Both the position numbers and the translations under genes were made by a program. Under the pieces are notes generated by a model. The model made no database searches. It was not told the origin of the DNA and worked only from the letters and a program-made list of their open reading frames with translations. Below are positions 25,596-40,145 of a DNA stretch of 64,000 nucleotides, one piece after another. The stretch spans positions 53,444,001 through 53,508,000 of the forward strand of contig OX597824.1 in NCBI GenBank assembly GCA_951406725.2, read 5' to 3'. Position 1 is the stretch's first letter; each line of letters opens with the position of its first letter. The DNA comes from Octopus vulgaris. Lineage: Eukaryota.

Positions 25596-28500
25596 TTGAT
25601 TGAATATATTATTTTGCTGAAACGTTAACTAAAAGGAATACTCACACTATCATAATATGGACAGAAATGAATTGTCACCTCCTCCACTAAGCATTCACCG
25701 ACCTGCCTTTCACTTCTCTTTCGGTCGCCTCTTCTTTCTCTCTGACTGTAGTGATAGTTATTGGCGTTAACCTTTCCTGAAACAGTTCTGTAAGTTTATA
25801 TGGAAAATTACTGCTATTGAGCTGATTTTCACATACGCTGACAAAAGTCATTTAACATCGTCACACGGGGTTTATGCGACGACAATGCGGGAGTATAAAA
25901 TTGCACCAATGTTCACAGTTATTGGTCATCAAATATTCCATTTAATTTTTTTCGTTTTCCTTCAATTAAAAAAAACTTTTGGATGCACCAAATGAATCAC
26001 CAACTTATACAATTAATTCATAGTTGTCCAATATAACAAGAAGTTTTGAAATCACAGGTAAAACAAAATACATAAAAGAAATGGCATAAACGCAATCCGA
26101 AATTATTATTTAAAAACTACATTTTGTGCCATTAGCCAATGCGATTTAAGTGAGCATGTCCAGAAAACCTCTAAATAACAGTGTGCTCATAAATAAATCG
26201 CTTCTTTTTCGATCTGCAGCACATAAACTGACGTTAATGATATGAAATGATACATTAAGACTATGAATAACGGTGCGAAATTTTAGAGACAGAATTGTTG
26301 TTATTGATTATAAATTTGTTATAGTCTATTTTTATTATGGCAAATACTGTTGGAACAAATTTCTCTTTAGTCCATTTGGATTTGATGATGTAAATATAAA
26401 TCGCTGGTAATTTTTATTATTAGTTAAAAACGAAATGAAATAAAAGCATGGTGTCCATACATGATCATGTTTTGATGACTTCGCCGTGATTTTCTCTCAC
26501 CTTTTTTTAAATATATAAGAACGTTATGATCATCACTAGAAACTTTATTTCTTTACCTTATAAGCTTAGATGTTTTACGCCACTTTGTGGTTTGGGTGAG
26601 TAATGGAAAAAAAGCTCTATATTTTTTTAACTCATACAAATCACTGTGGTAATATGGCCATATTCCAATGCCTGAAGCAAGGAAACGAGTAAAAGACTAT
26701 GCGTGTTCACATCTTAAAAATTTACAGGTGATTATGCTCAGTAGAAAGGCACGCCTGCTACTGCATGCTATCTGATTTATTGATTCACTGTTTTGACTTA
26801 TTGCATTCTTTTAGTATCAATAACACTGAAATCTGTAGGACCGATTATACCTTTCTATTGCATCTAATAAAAAAAATAAGTGTCTTTCATAAGGACTTTT
26901 TACAGTACGAGTGCTAGGTTACAAATTTCCAACACTTGCATCGATTGTACTCTCAGTTATAGCACCCATTATATTTTTGTTGTAAACAATCTGGTTCTTG
27001 ATCTGACCTGCCTAATTCCGTTATATTTCATCGTTTAATTTTGATTTTATGTCTGAAGTTAAGTGACGTTCATGCAATAGAAAAACCTTTGCTTAAACGG
27101 AGTAAACAACGAAATGTGTTTTTCCAATAAAAAGAAACAGAACCTTTCAAACTAGAGATTTTATGCAAAAAAAACTTCATCTTGCTGTTTTAGTACGCAA
27201 TAACGTAGTGACAAGAACACTTATTTAACTTAAACCAAATATAATAACAGATTTCACAAATGAACGCTAACATCTATATAAACGAAGCAGGTAATGGCTT
27301 GTCAGATACGTTACATGAAGAAAGGTAGTGAATTTTTTTAAATAACTGAGTGCGCTAAGTAATGAAAGCAAAAGAAACTATGCCAATGTTCTTTTATTTT
27401 TGTTTAATTCTGAGAACAATCATTTTATAATAAATGTAAAAGTAAAATCCAATAGAAATGAAACATTAAGAGCTTAAACCTCTAATATTTACGACATGAA
27501 AATCTGACTGTAATGAGTTAATAAAGAGGATTTTATTTGAGTCATAAGAAAAAGTGTACAGTAAACAAATGATTTATTTGCTATACAATTTGATGTTGCA
27601 TGTGTAGGAAATCTAATAAATGGTAGACTAGCTATGTTAGGCCAACTTCATTTCGAATTGTACCAATTAGCTGTATAAAGTGAGCTATGAAACTGAAGGG
27701 AATAAAACAGCTAATAGTGAGCCAAACTTGACAGTTAATGTATTTCATATAGCCAGAAATAAATTTTCTCTAAATAAATTAGTCTTTGTGCCTCGTCAGC
27801 TCTTATGTATGGTTCTGATTTTATGGGCATTCGAAGTAGGAAGTTGCCCAAACTTGAGGGTTTCACTAAACCTCTAATATCTTCAATATTTTCAATGTGT
27901 GGATTTTGGAATTATAATAGACATGTATGTCCACTTTCAGTATGTAATTACCTGAAATTGTTTTGCAGTGTACCATTTTCCAGAAATCTCGTATTTCGAA
28001 ATTTTTCTCTTTTGTAAAAGTCATCCAGTGGTATAAGGCTCAAGTCTGCCATGTCTGACCCCGGAAATCCAATATGGAACTTTCTTTTTTTTTTCAAAAG
28101 CTTTCTTTGAAATTATGTCAACAGAACATGGATTGCCATGTTCTGTTGACACCATTTCAACTCTTAGCACAAAATTATTTGTCTCTAAAATAAGTAATAA
28201 ACTAATCATAAAATCTGGGAGTAAAATTACATGGAAAAATTGATTCCTTAAACTACTATCATCTTTTTGAGCATATCCCATTCTGTATTGAAAACAAAAT
28301 ATCTCAATTCACTCCTCTCTTTAAATCATCCTCTTTGCTCACAACTCCTCGTGGTTCTTTCACTGATCTCACACTGATGACGCCGGTGTAGAAAATGAAC
28401 CTTTGCACTACTAAACTATCTGCATCGACTATCTGCATCCACACATAGCCAATATCGATGCACAGATACCCCAAATACCTTTTATCTCTTTCTCATCTCC

Positions 28501-28629
28501 AAACCTAATCGTTCGACAACTGCCTCATCGCAACCATCCAATACCTCTATCCTTCACACTCCTGGCAGCATATGCGCTTCACTCTTGACTCATCAAAGAT
28601 TTCCTAAAATTATTCTTTTAGCCATGTCC

Positions 28630-29295
28630 CTCCGCGTACTGGAAAGACTGATCTGAAAGTCCGTGTTGAGAAGACCAAAACAACGAATATTATAAACTAT
28701 GACTGTCGAATAAGAACGAACATAAAGATCATCCAGCAAAATATCGAGACATTTAAACAGATTCACCTATCTGAGTACCACCATCAGTAACAATGACGAT
28801 ATAGAGATTGACGTCGACCATGGAATTAGCAAAGCCGCCGCCGTGTTCCAGATAATGTGTACTAGCTGGTCCTATACACCATCGGCTAACTCACAAAGAT
28901 CCAGTTCTATAAATTGCACGGTTTAAACAAAAGTTCTCTGTGCCAGTGAGACGTGGAAGAGCACGACAGGAAACTAAACGTGTTCCACCAAAGATGCTTG
29001 AGAGGGATTCTGTGAACGAACTTGCAGGACCACATAACCAGTGAAAACATTCTGGAGAGAGCCAACACAAACCATTTAGCGAACGACTTTCCAAAACAAC
29101 TTTCAAATGGACACCATTGGAAGGGAGAAAGAAAGATAGGAATACCAAAAACTACATGGCGCAGAATATCCATAACCGACATGAGAGAGGCCAATAATCA
29201 CATCATCGGAAACGGTGAAAACCGCAACCAACAGAAACTAGTGGTTTCAGTGCAATGGGATCTAGAGTGTGGGAGGAACTGAAACTGAACTGAAC
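28630..29295 (+). mobile_element. Degenerate RTE-type LINE 3' fragment
   Basis: FTYLSTTI..GISKAAAVF, SETW, VFHQRCLR.IL..QDHITSENILERA, GERKIGIPKTTWRR; tail (AACTG)n. Confidence 0.75.
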
Positions 29296-29734
29296 TCCAT
29301 ATCACTCACACAACAAACACTCAATACCCCAAGTTCCACAGGAAGTTCTTTCGTAACTGCACTGAAGCTATTCAGGTAAACTAGAAACAAGGCCTATACA
29401 TCTGAAGAAGCTCACCTGCTCGTCCAAAACTGGGTGGTGTTTACCAAGACCATGCCGCGAAAGACGAATTTGTGGATCGCAAAGCTGTCTAGCTGTCTCA
29501 CCTCTCAAACTACAGCCGTTCTTTGCAGAATCCTTTTCCGTCAACTTCACAACAACGATGTTTCTGTAAGCAATAGCACCACGGTAAAGGCTTTCCCCGT
29601 TGTTATTAGCTGTCCTATTCAGGCGAAAGGCGAATTTGTCTCACTCAACGAGATGTCGAACTCTCTCACTCACTTTCAGTGTCTCCGAAGAAATGGAAAA
29701 AGTAATTAATGACAACGTCCTCGAAAACTTTAAA

Positions 29735-29806
<72 letters not shown>

Positions 29807-29889
29807 TCTCTCTCTCTGCTTCTTTTCTTTTTCCGTTTCCTTACTACTTGATCCACTAGTGATCTCTACTGTAAAATGTCTACACCCAG

Positions 29890-30755
29890 TGGACTTTCGC
29901 CTTATAAGAATTTGGTAAAAACAATGTTGTCGCTCTCCATATCAGCAAAGCTTTATAATGTATCTAGCATGAAAATCTATTAAAACTGCCCATCTTTGGA
30001 CTCCACCTATATCTCTTGGATCATTAGCTTCCTATCAGATCACAGTATCACAGCGTGAGTTGAGAGAGCACTTCTGATTTTCATTCTATCAACTCCATTA
30101 ATAATATGCCAATCTTACCTCTTTCAACAGCAAGGAAGTACGGATGCTACTCATATCAAGAAAACATCATTGCACCACACACACACAACATTAACTATGA
30201 GTTACACGCATCTAAATCTCTCGCGGTTTCTCTAAACATCTGGCTTCATTACCAAGGACATCTTCTGGCGAAAGTACATCGTTAACATAGCTAAAACCGA
30301 ATCCTAATTTCTTGCCCTTTTTTTCGGGGCTAGAAGTTACTTCATCCCCCAACAATTATTGAAACTAAAAAATTCCCCGTAATGGGGCACTGTTCTTACG
30401 TCAAGAACAGTGCTGCTACTGCGCAGACCGCATCTAGAAAAGAGCTATCTTACTGACTGGCATAGACATGCTTCAGCCTCTAGCCCACAAACGTGCTGTC
30501 ATCTCTACTTGCCTTTTCTACCGCTATAATAAATACCTCAGAGCTGGATAGAATCATGCCACTCCCACCCAGGCATTCCTAAATCACACATTTCTTCTGT
30601 CGTCACCAATGTTGTGTCTAAGACCTCAAACCCCACATCAACCAGTACATTCATTCCTTTCTTCTCAGAACGTCATCCCTCTTGAACTTTCTTCCTGTTC
30701 ATGTTTTTACCCGCAGGTGTTAACCTGCAATAGTTCAAGAGAAACATTAATGAGA
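29890..30755 (+). mobile_element. Highly degenerate CR1/Jockey-group LINE RT and 3' fragment
   Basis: Broken frames ISKA..ENLL.LPSFG..WIISFLSD, LFFGARSYF, LAHKRAV..CLFYRY, RTSSLLNFLP. Confidence 0.6.
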
Positions 30756-31035
30756 CAGCGGGAAGACAAATAAACAGACACAGTGCACGTGTGCGTGCGT
30801 ACACGAAATAGTGTGTCGCTTTTGATCAGTAAGTATAGAAAACGTTGCCTATGGCTGCATCTTGTTCATTTCACCTCAGTCATGGCAAGTATTGGAATTG
30901 AAAGAAGGATTTGGTCGATATAATCGAACACTAGTTTATTTCTGCGGAAAGATAAGAAGCAAAGTTGACTCTGACAACATTTAAACTCAGATGGTAAACA
31001 AATTTAACTCAGTATTACAAATCCACAGTATATTA

Positions 31036-31247
31036 GAAATGGCTTCAAATTTTGGCACAGGGCCAGCAGTTTTTGAGGGGAGGGAGAAGTCGATAACATT
31101 GACTCCAGTACTTGACTGATACTTATTTTATCCACCCGAAAAGGATGAAAGGCAAAGACGACCTCGGCAGAATCAAACTCAGAACACAAAGAGAGACAAA
31201 ATGCCACATTTTCTGGCGTGCTCGCGGTTCTGCCAGCTCGCTGCCTT
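31036..31247 (-). mobile_element. tRNA-derived SINE, family B (Nin/Deu-like core)
   Basis: Minus strand AAGGCAGCGAGCTGGCAGAA..TTTGCCTTTCATCCTTTTCGGGTGGATAAAATAAGTA; many related copies in the window. Confidence 0.85.
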
Positions 31248-32678
31248 ATAGTAAATTAGAAATGTAAAGTAATTTTTCAGTTCTTTTTTGAAGACTTTTT
31301 CCTCCAGCTCCAGAGCTAGAACTATTTCTCGTTTTTCATCTAATACTTGACCTTCAAGAATTAAAACTTCGCTAAAATATATTATAATCCAATTTAGAAA
31401 GTATATATTATTATTGCAGACTTACTTGAAATCTTGGGAGCGTGTTCGTTTCTAAAAAGTGACTGTCAAACGATAGTTACTTAGAGATTCTAATAGATAG
31501 CTGCCAGTAAATCACCTTTTGTTGATAGGAATATAGCCAAGAACTCTGAAAAGCATTTTTTTTTTTAATTTGCTTTTGCAGCTGACTATATTTGATATAC
31601 AGCTATTTTATCTTTCTGATTATATGTCGTTCTTTTCAGATATTTGAAAATAAATATAGAAAATATTAGATTAAATAAGTAGTACGCCGACTGCACCAAA
31701 TTAATTACATAGTGTTTAAATTGATCGTATTCATCCGCTTTATTATATCTTGTTTGTTCATTCAAGTTACAAAGCTAAAAATCACAATTATTTAGTTAAT
31801 CTATAATCTATTCTTACAAGTCTGACATGTAGTTGTAAGAAAAATAGAATCGAAACGCTGAGCTGTTGAAAATATTTGCCGACCAACTCTTAGATAACGA
31901 GTTCAGATCTATTGTAGTTATTTCAGTGACAAAACAAAGATGATAATCTTGCTATGCCTTAGGAGGGCGGGTGTCCCTTTATATGACTCTCGGTGGATAT
32001 TGGTAGGGATGAGTTGAGTGAATACTGAAGTGAGGGCGATGAAATCTTCAACAATCTAGCCAGTTCTACCGAGATATTAGCTGTGGGTTCCAGATCAGTT
32101 ACTGACAGTAGATATCATGAAACTACAGTTTATCAATTTCTACGAGCTTTTAGGAGTTTTGGTTACATTTATATTTTTAAGGATGTATGTAAAATTGTAT
32201 ACACATAACCATGTATGCGACTGTCTGTTTATAATGTTATCATGTGTGTATATTTGCATTGTTACAAATGTAGAGACGACAGTTCTTTGTTTCTTTTTCA
32301 AAAGAATTGGAAATAGTCTGAATATTAATGGCAGAGACGGATCGTTCGGATATGCCAGAATCAATACTCTGTTCTAAGAATGAAACAAACAATGTTGAGC
32401 AGAACAAGCTTGATAGTTTGACCTCGTATTGAGTTGGGAGTAAGAAGTAACAAAATACTAATGCTATCAACTTGATAAGTGGCCAAAACGAAAAGTTCAA
32501 TAGCATAATGAAGTGTAAGTTAGAATATTCTGGAGGAAAGAATGTTTGTGATGTAGATGTATACGAGTATGTGTGTGTTTAACCTAGCGTATAGACGCAG
32601 AATAAATACAATGACGCACATATGCTGAACGTTTACGTATATAGGCAGAATTGTACAGGGGATATATATATATATGTA

Positions 32679-32787
<109 letters not shown>

Positions 32788-33169
32788 TATATACATATAT
32801 ATATACATACATATACATATACATACATACATACATACATACATACATACATACATACATACATACATACATACATACATACATACATACATACAGCTCT
32901 AATATATGTATGTCTCATCTGACGGTCAAGCTTCGATCCATACTCTATGGAACGTTGAAAGGATCGAAGTTTTTTTGTCGGGCTCCACTCAATATATCCA
33001 CTCTGCCTCATTATAGCGAGTACTCATATGAGTATTAGCCTTACTAACCTCCACCTTCCCACCAACTTTTGACACTATATTTGTGTGTGTGTGTGTGTGT
33101 GTTTGTGCACGCGCGCGTGTGTCTCAGTGTGCATGTATGCATACATACGTAAGCATGAATGTATGTCAT

Positions 33170-33328
33170 TTAACTCCACTATTCAACTGGTATTTATTTG
33201 ATCGACACCAAAGAGATGAAAGACGAACTCAACCTCGACAGCATTTGAACTCAGAACGTAAAATGCCGGAAGAAATATTGCTAAGTAGTTTGCTTCGCGC
33301 GATGACGAGTCTGTCAGCTCGCTGCCTT
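33170..33328 (-). mobile_element. SINE family B (degenerate)
   Basis: ATTTGAACTCAGAACGTAAA..GCTAAG..CAGCTCGCTGCCTT matches family B. Confidence 0.75.
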
Positions 33329-33679
33329 AAGAATACATTATAAATAATAACTTATAATATACTATATTAAAAAAATTCTGTGTGGAAATAGACGGAAAGC
33401 CTCTGCAGGACTTGAACCCCGCATCTTCTGTAACCATGACAGACTGATTATAAATTGGATCTCATTCAAAGGAAGAAAAAGGGATGGTTAATTGGTAACT
33501 TTATCTTCCGCACAGTTTTCTTCTACAAAATTTTATTCCTCGCCCTTTAGTCGACTTCGGGTTATACTTGAAGAAACTTTTCCAATGTTCTGTACAGAAG
33601 AATTGAAACCGGAATTATATGTTGTGATGTGAACCTCTAAAAGTCACTCAGTGATACCTGCGCTCAAACTCAGACAACT

Positions 33680-33748
33680 TCCCTGGCTGGGAATCAAAAC
33701 CCCTATCTCCTGCCCGACAAGTGGAATTATTACTATACTACCGATGAA
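33680..33748 (-). pseudogene. tRNA-Asp-derived pseudogene
   Basis: Plus strand TCCCTGGCTGGGAATCAAAACCCC.ATCTCCTGCCCGACAAGTGG..ACTATACTACCGA resembles the reverse complement of tRNA-Asp(GTC), heavily mutated. Confidence 0.55.
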
Positions 33749-34877
33749 TTATGATGGTCATCGTAATTAATATTAGTTGTAACTTATTGTTGGTCACAGT
33801 TAAGACTGAAGTTTGAATTTAAAATATGATGGTGGATGGAACTAAAAGTTCCATCTGATGTATTCGGTATTATCACTATTAACTAATTAGTGCTTTTTGT
33901 TTGTTTGTTTTCGAGATGTTTATCAAAAATACGGATAGAAGCAGCCACAGCAATGTCATATGTCACGTGTAGAATAAGATGTCGGCTGATAATTGTCAAA
34001 GCCAAGAGCGTGTTATAAATTTAGATTATAGACTATTTTAACTAAAGCTGAAAATTGTCTGGAAACAGTATATTTTGTGATTTATTGGCAGCAATATGTG
34101 AAATAAGGAGACACCCAATAATAGACATAGTAAAATCTTAATTTTTGTGTTTGCGATAAGGCGTTATTTGATGGTTTTCATAGCTCTGCAATATTAAATG
34201 CAAAAACGCTCTTATAACCTTGGATTTTGATTTAAAAAGAATGTTCATATCAAGATCAAATATGTTCACATGTACTTAAGCATATATTTCTGTAGTAAAA
34301 GGTAACTTTTCTCAAAGCATGGTACATGCGCGTTTAAATAGGTAACATGAGAGTTGGTAACGTGTGGTAACATGCAAGATGGATTTATCAGGCCGAGGAT
34401 GAGTCTAGGGGAGCTCTATATTGTAACAATTTTGTTCTTCATCTTAGGAACTGAGAAAATAAATACTCACACCAAAATTCTTTTTACATATAGGCTGCAT
34501 GCTGTAAATACAGTCACTACTTGCGGTGTGTGCACTTTTAATGGGATAACTAATACTGGCAAAGCAATCAGACATAATGTCGCCTTTCTCTATGGTTAAT
34601 TTTATCGGTTAATACGATTAAACCAGAGTTAAGCAATGATCCTAGGATTTTGTTCAAACTACCAAATGTAGGCTTCTTCTATTAAGCCTATATACACTCA
34701 CTGAATAAAATCATTCTGCAAATTGATATTTATGTAGTCTTGCTCTTGAACAAGCCTGACTTTTCTAAGCCACAAATGGTTCACAGAAAAACATCGGTTT
34801 TGCCGTTTCTTTACCACAAACAACACTACAGATTTATGTGGGTAGCAATATCATAAACCAGGACGCTCATATATCTC

Positions 34878-37336
34878 CACTGGGCAACAAAAAAAAATTA
34901 TTGTCTGTTACCCAGACAAATGGTGCTGTACTAGACTAAATCGAGTATGCTGATTCCGAATCTGAACTCAGGATTTTGAGTTATGCGCATAATTATATAT
35001 TAATACTATATTAGTATCATGAATAGTTAAGTTCGAGGTAAATAATTATTATAAAAGTATATTAGTACTATATTTAGTATATTTGTGTTCAAGGCAAATA
35101 ATATAATAATACAATGGTACATAGTATATTTAGTTAAGGGAATACTCCCTTTATTTTTTTATATGCTCAGCTCAAAAATGTTTGAGATACTTGCACTTGC
35201 GCTTATGCGTCGTGTTGGTCTCCCGTTGCAGGAACCAGCAGTAGTCACCCATAATGTGTGGATTGAACCGGCCTTGATACTTTGTTTCCATCTCAGATAT
35301 GTCCTATCGGAACCTCTCACCATGCTCATCACTAACGGCACCAAGATTCGTTGGCAAAAAATCAAGATGAGAATGCAAGAAATGCATTTTAAGAGACATT
35401 CGGCATCCCATTCTTTCATACGCTGTTAGCATGTTGTTTATCAAATCAGCATAGTTTTAGGTCTATGATTTCCAAGAAAGTTCTGTAACACTAACACGAA
35501 TGACTCCCATGCCGTCAGCTCAACTGGATTCAGTTTACCTCTGACTTTGCAATCAGACATCAATTCTCTGATCTCGGGTCCAATGAAAATGTTTGCTTTC
35601 AGTTTTGCATCACTTTTCTCAGCACCAAATTTTACTTTTAGGTACTGGAAGCCACAACCATAGTGTGTCATTGCTTTTACGGGGTTTTTCATGAGGCCGA
35701 GTTTGATGTGAAGGGTTGGAAGGAAGATCTTTTGCGGGTCTGCCAGTGGCATATGCTGCACATTGTACTAACCAACTATGCGCTCATCTCTTTTAGGCCA
35801 GTCTTTTACAGTTAATGACTGCTGTCGTTGCGGCTGTTCCAAACACGCAAGAAGCACATATTTTTGGTATATCCCAACTGCAGTCCTAGGAAAAGGAAAA
35901 ATCACCTTTGAATCACCACAAATATTCCACTTATGAACTGAGTAAATTAACTCCTTTCAGAATGAGTTCCATCGATTCATCAGTTTATTTCATACCGACA
36001 GCATGACCGACAGGAATGGAAGGTTTTTCATTACCATTATGTAATAAGACAGCTTTAAGGCTAACCTTACTCGAGTCTATAAACAATCTTCTTTCGTTAG
36101 CCACATGCACGTGTCTTAGTTTTAGCATGAGTGCATTAACGTCAGTGCAGGAACAAGCATTATTTTCTTATTTGAAAAAGGCAGATAAGCCTTCATGGCG
36201 AGAACGGAAAATGGACATTTTTGTACCTTGCTATAGGAGATTCCGTTGCTGTAGTCTGGATCCCAAAACTTCTGCCTCCTCGTTTGACAATGCTAGGTAT
36301 CTTACTAAATCGTTCAAATCTTCTTGATTAAACAAGCGTGGATCATTTTTTTTAGAATCAACTACGTACTCTTCGTCGATAGGAGAAACAGGGATTAATC
36401 GTGCGACCTGTCAAGGTCTTCAAGTGTGAGAGGGGAACTGGGACAGAGTTTTCGAAGTCATGTGGTACCGATTTTAGAGCCGGTTTATAATCGGCATGCA
36501 CAACTTTTGCTTTGGTTTTCTTTGAGAGACTACTAATATTAGTCATGCAAAAGTAACAATCAAAGACATGATTAGTTGGCTCACGCCATATCATTTGTAC
36601 TGCAAAAGGTATTCCCTTCCATTTTCCATTCAGTCACTGTGTAAGTCCTAAGTAACACACGGGATATACCAAAAATATGTGCTTCTTGCGTGTTTGGAAC
36701 AGCCGCAACGACAGCAGTCATTAACTGTAAAAGACTAGCCTAAAAGAGATGAGCGCATAGTTGGTTAGTACAATGTGCAGCATATGCCACTGGCAGACCC
36801 GCAAAAGACATGGTACAGCCTATTTTTAATTTGGTGGCAATGTTCTTCTGCTGGTCACGCGGAGCAAATTTTCCACAGACAAAACAAAAGTTGTCTGGGT
36901 GATTCACACAGCCTTTCCTATTCATGATCTAACACAATGAACACAGTTAAAACAGTAATCAAGCAGAGTGTGAGATACATACACCACACTTGGCGGCAGC
37001 GCAAACGACACTGAGAGTTACCAAGAACAAACTGACATATTTGGCATTAAACACAATACCTCAGCGCCATCTATTGCTAAACTAAATAATGAATTTTCAC
37101 ATAGTATGTTTTATTGCTGTTATTTCTTTAGTTTTGAATTAAGACCTCTTTTATTTTAGCAAATTTTATAATACGGCCTATATCTAGCCGAAAGTATAGT
37201 TATAATCTTGCACATGGGCGTAACTCAAAATCCTGACGTGCTGGAATAATTCTGAGTGCGGATTCGGAATCAACATCCTCGATTTAGTCTAAAACATATG
37301 CTTTTACTCCAGTAGCAAAATCTTTGTTGTCCAGTG
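34878..37336 (-). mobile_element. Chapaev3-like (CMC) DNA transposon with disrupted transposase
   Basis: TIRs CACTGGGCAACAAA/TTTGTTGTCCAGTG with ~120-bp subterminal symmetry. Motifs CVNHPDNFCFVCG, WREPTNH..CYFC, LHIKLGLMKN, MSLKMHFLHSHLDF..GAVSDEHGERF. Confidence 0.88.
36661..36808. repeat. 148-bp inverted duplication of 35728-35875
   Basis: Reverse-complement match with a single mismatch seen. Confidence 0.92.
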
Positions 37337-38281
37337 TTATCACTGAAGTCGAATGAATTCAGCTGGACACTAATAACCAAATTCTATTCATGGCTGGTAT
37401 TTTTACCTTGATACAAAACGATGAAATTTCGAAATTCATCAGAGAGAAGACTGTTCATCATTTATACTTTTAACAAGAATATTAATGTCATACAAGAGAA
37501 ATTATTTAAACTGAGAATCGAAACTGTGTTTCGCCAAAAACTGAAGTCTATAAAAGAGAGGAGATAGAGAGAGAGAAGAAAGAAAAGAAGAAATGAAAGA
37601 TATCGTGTAAAGACGGTTAATTATGTTTGGTTAGTACGAAAAGATACTTCAGAAACACTCCCTAATTAAATGATCGCAGTAATTTAGGAAACAACAGGAG
37701 TGTATTAACAATGATTCTTTCTTTTCTATTTTCCACATTTTTTAAAATTCTTTTATCCTAAAGTCGAGTCAATAAAATTAACAAAGTATTGATAAGTCGC
37801 CTTGATCTGCCTTGCAATGAATTGCGTTCGGCATATGAATAGCTTCACCGTTGAATTTTAGAAAATGCCAGATAAACAAGTATTCTGGTTTCATGAAAAG
37901 AACTGTGTCTGATTATGGAATTGCAAAAGCCATTCAAAGAACAGTATTTGGTATTTGGGTCAAATTTTTTTTATCAAATTAACTAATGAGAGGTAAAAGA
38001 ATGCCAAAATCTCCTCCACGGATTTAACCATAACAATTCCTTTCTTTTTGTTGTGGTGGTGGGAGAATGGAGCGAAGCTGTGATTGTATCGAAATTACTT
38101 TTGCTGGTAGCGTAAGTGGAAAGAAAGTTATAAACTATGAGAAAATATATGTGTGTATTTGTGTGTGTAAGTGTGTGTGTGTGTGTGCGTGCGCGCGCGT
38201 GCGTATGTGTGTGTGCGTGTCTACATACTTGCATACATACACATAATCTAATTTATTTTACATATTAGAGCACATATCTTT

Positions 38282-38325
<44 letters not shown>

Positions 38326-38417
38326 TCATATAGATAGATATGCAGTCATCGTGTATATACATACACATGTATACATATGTATATATACATGCAAACACGT
38401 CTGTGTGTGTGTATTGA

Positions 38418-38475
<58 letters not shown>

Positions 38476-39462
38476 GCACACACACACACTCACACATGCG
38501 CGCGCGTTTGAAATTAAAGTTATAGTTGTAGCTGTTATTTGTATATTCCCTGTAGAGTATGCTTTTGTTTTCGTTTGCAACGAAAATTTTATGGCGAGGA
38601 TGAGAAATGATTTTAAAGATTTGTTCTTTCGGGGATTTTCTGAGTGAATGAGCCAATCGTTAACCGAAAGCATCAATAGCCACTAATGGCGGCCGCGAGA
38701 ATTTTAGCTTAAGATTTGCTTTGTTCGTTATAAAGGTATACATGTCGGAATTGTAAGTCTGAAGTTATGTGAGGGTGAACGTGATGGTTAGAGAGCGGGA
38801 AACAGAGGAGAGAGAGAGAGAAAAAGAGACGAAGAAGAGAGAGCTGAGAAAATGGGTGGAAAAGTGAGGTAGCGGTGAGAGAGAGAGGGTGGAAAATGAG
38901 AAAGTGATATGATAGAGAACTGGAGAGAAATAGGAATAAGAAGATTGTAGGACAAGTAAGAGATAAAATGGGGAACTATGGAGAGAGGGAGTGACATGTC
39001 GAGAAAATGGCAAGAATGTGGTATGGATTGTTGGATCGATGTAGATGCGGGTGGACGGGTTAAAAATTAAATGAACGGACGGATCATTGAATGGATTGAT
39101 CGATTGCTAGTAAGATCGATGGATAGTTGGATCAATGGAGATACAAGTGTACGGGTTAAGATACAAAAGAACAGACGAATGGATCAATGGAGCGCTGGAT
39201 ATTGAGATTGACGGGTGGTTGGATCGATAAAGATACGGTTGGAGAAATTAAAATACAATCGGACGGTTATAGTTAGGAAAAGAGGGGGGTGCGAGAATGG
39301 TAATTCTATCGAAGACTTGATTGATGGATAAATCAATTGAGTGATGAATCTATTGGTGGCTGGATCTTTGTATATTTGGTTTGGTTACTGGGTAGTATAA
39401 AATATGTGCTTATTGAGACGGGCAGATGGAGACAAGATTAGTAGAGGTACAAGTGGCCAAAC

Positions 39463-39540
<78 letters not shown>

Positions 39541-39787
39541 GCAGACAGACAGACAAATGGACGGACGGACAGATGGATGATGCTATATAAATAGAAAGCT
39601 GATTTAACGGTTGATCAATGAATGGGTCAGGGATTGCATGGAAGGCTGGCTCGATAGATTGTCGTGTAAGAAACATGGATATGTCATTGAATTTCTGAAT
39701 GGGTAACTGAAAAGAATGGTGTATCAGTAAACAATGGCTGGTGGCACAGGTGACTATGTATATGGCTGGATTCATTAACACATCAAT

Positions 39788-39930
39788 ATTGGTTTCAAAT
39801 TATGGCACAAGGCGGGGTTACAAGTAAATTACATCAACCCCAGTTCTCGGTTGGTACTTATTTTACCGAACCCGAAAGGATGAAAGATAAAGTCAACCCC
39901 CGGCAGCATCTGAACTCAGACGTAAAATTG
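39788..39930 (-). mobile_element. SINE family B fragment
   Basis: GGTTTCAAATTATGGCACAAGG..GGTACTTATTTTACCGAACCCGAAAGGATGAAAG. Confidence 0.75.
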
Positions 39931-39998
39931 GAAGAACGGAGACATTAATATTAAGATGGAAGGAGGAGCGAATTGATAACTATTCTCGCCCTTGTCTT

Positions 39999-40145
39999 CA
40001 TCTCGCGTATGAACTTATCTGTTCTTCTCTTTATCTCGTGTATGAACCTATTTGTCCCCCTCTCTATCTCGTGTGTGAACCTCTTTAACCCTCTCTCCAT
40101 CTCGTGTATGAACTTATTTGTCCTTCTCTCTTCTCGTGAATGAAT
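39999..40145. repeat. 33-bp minisatellite, about 4.5 copies
   Basis: Unit approximately YATCTCGTGTATGAACYTATTTGTCCTTCTCTC. Confidence 0.8.
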
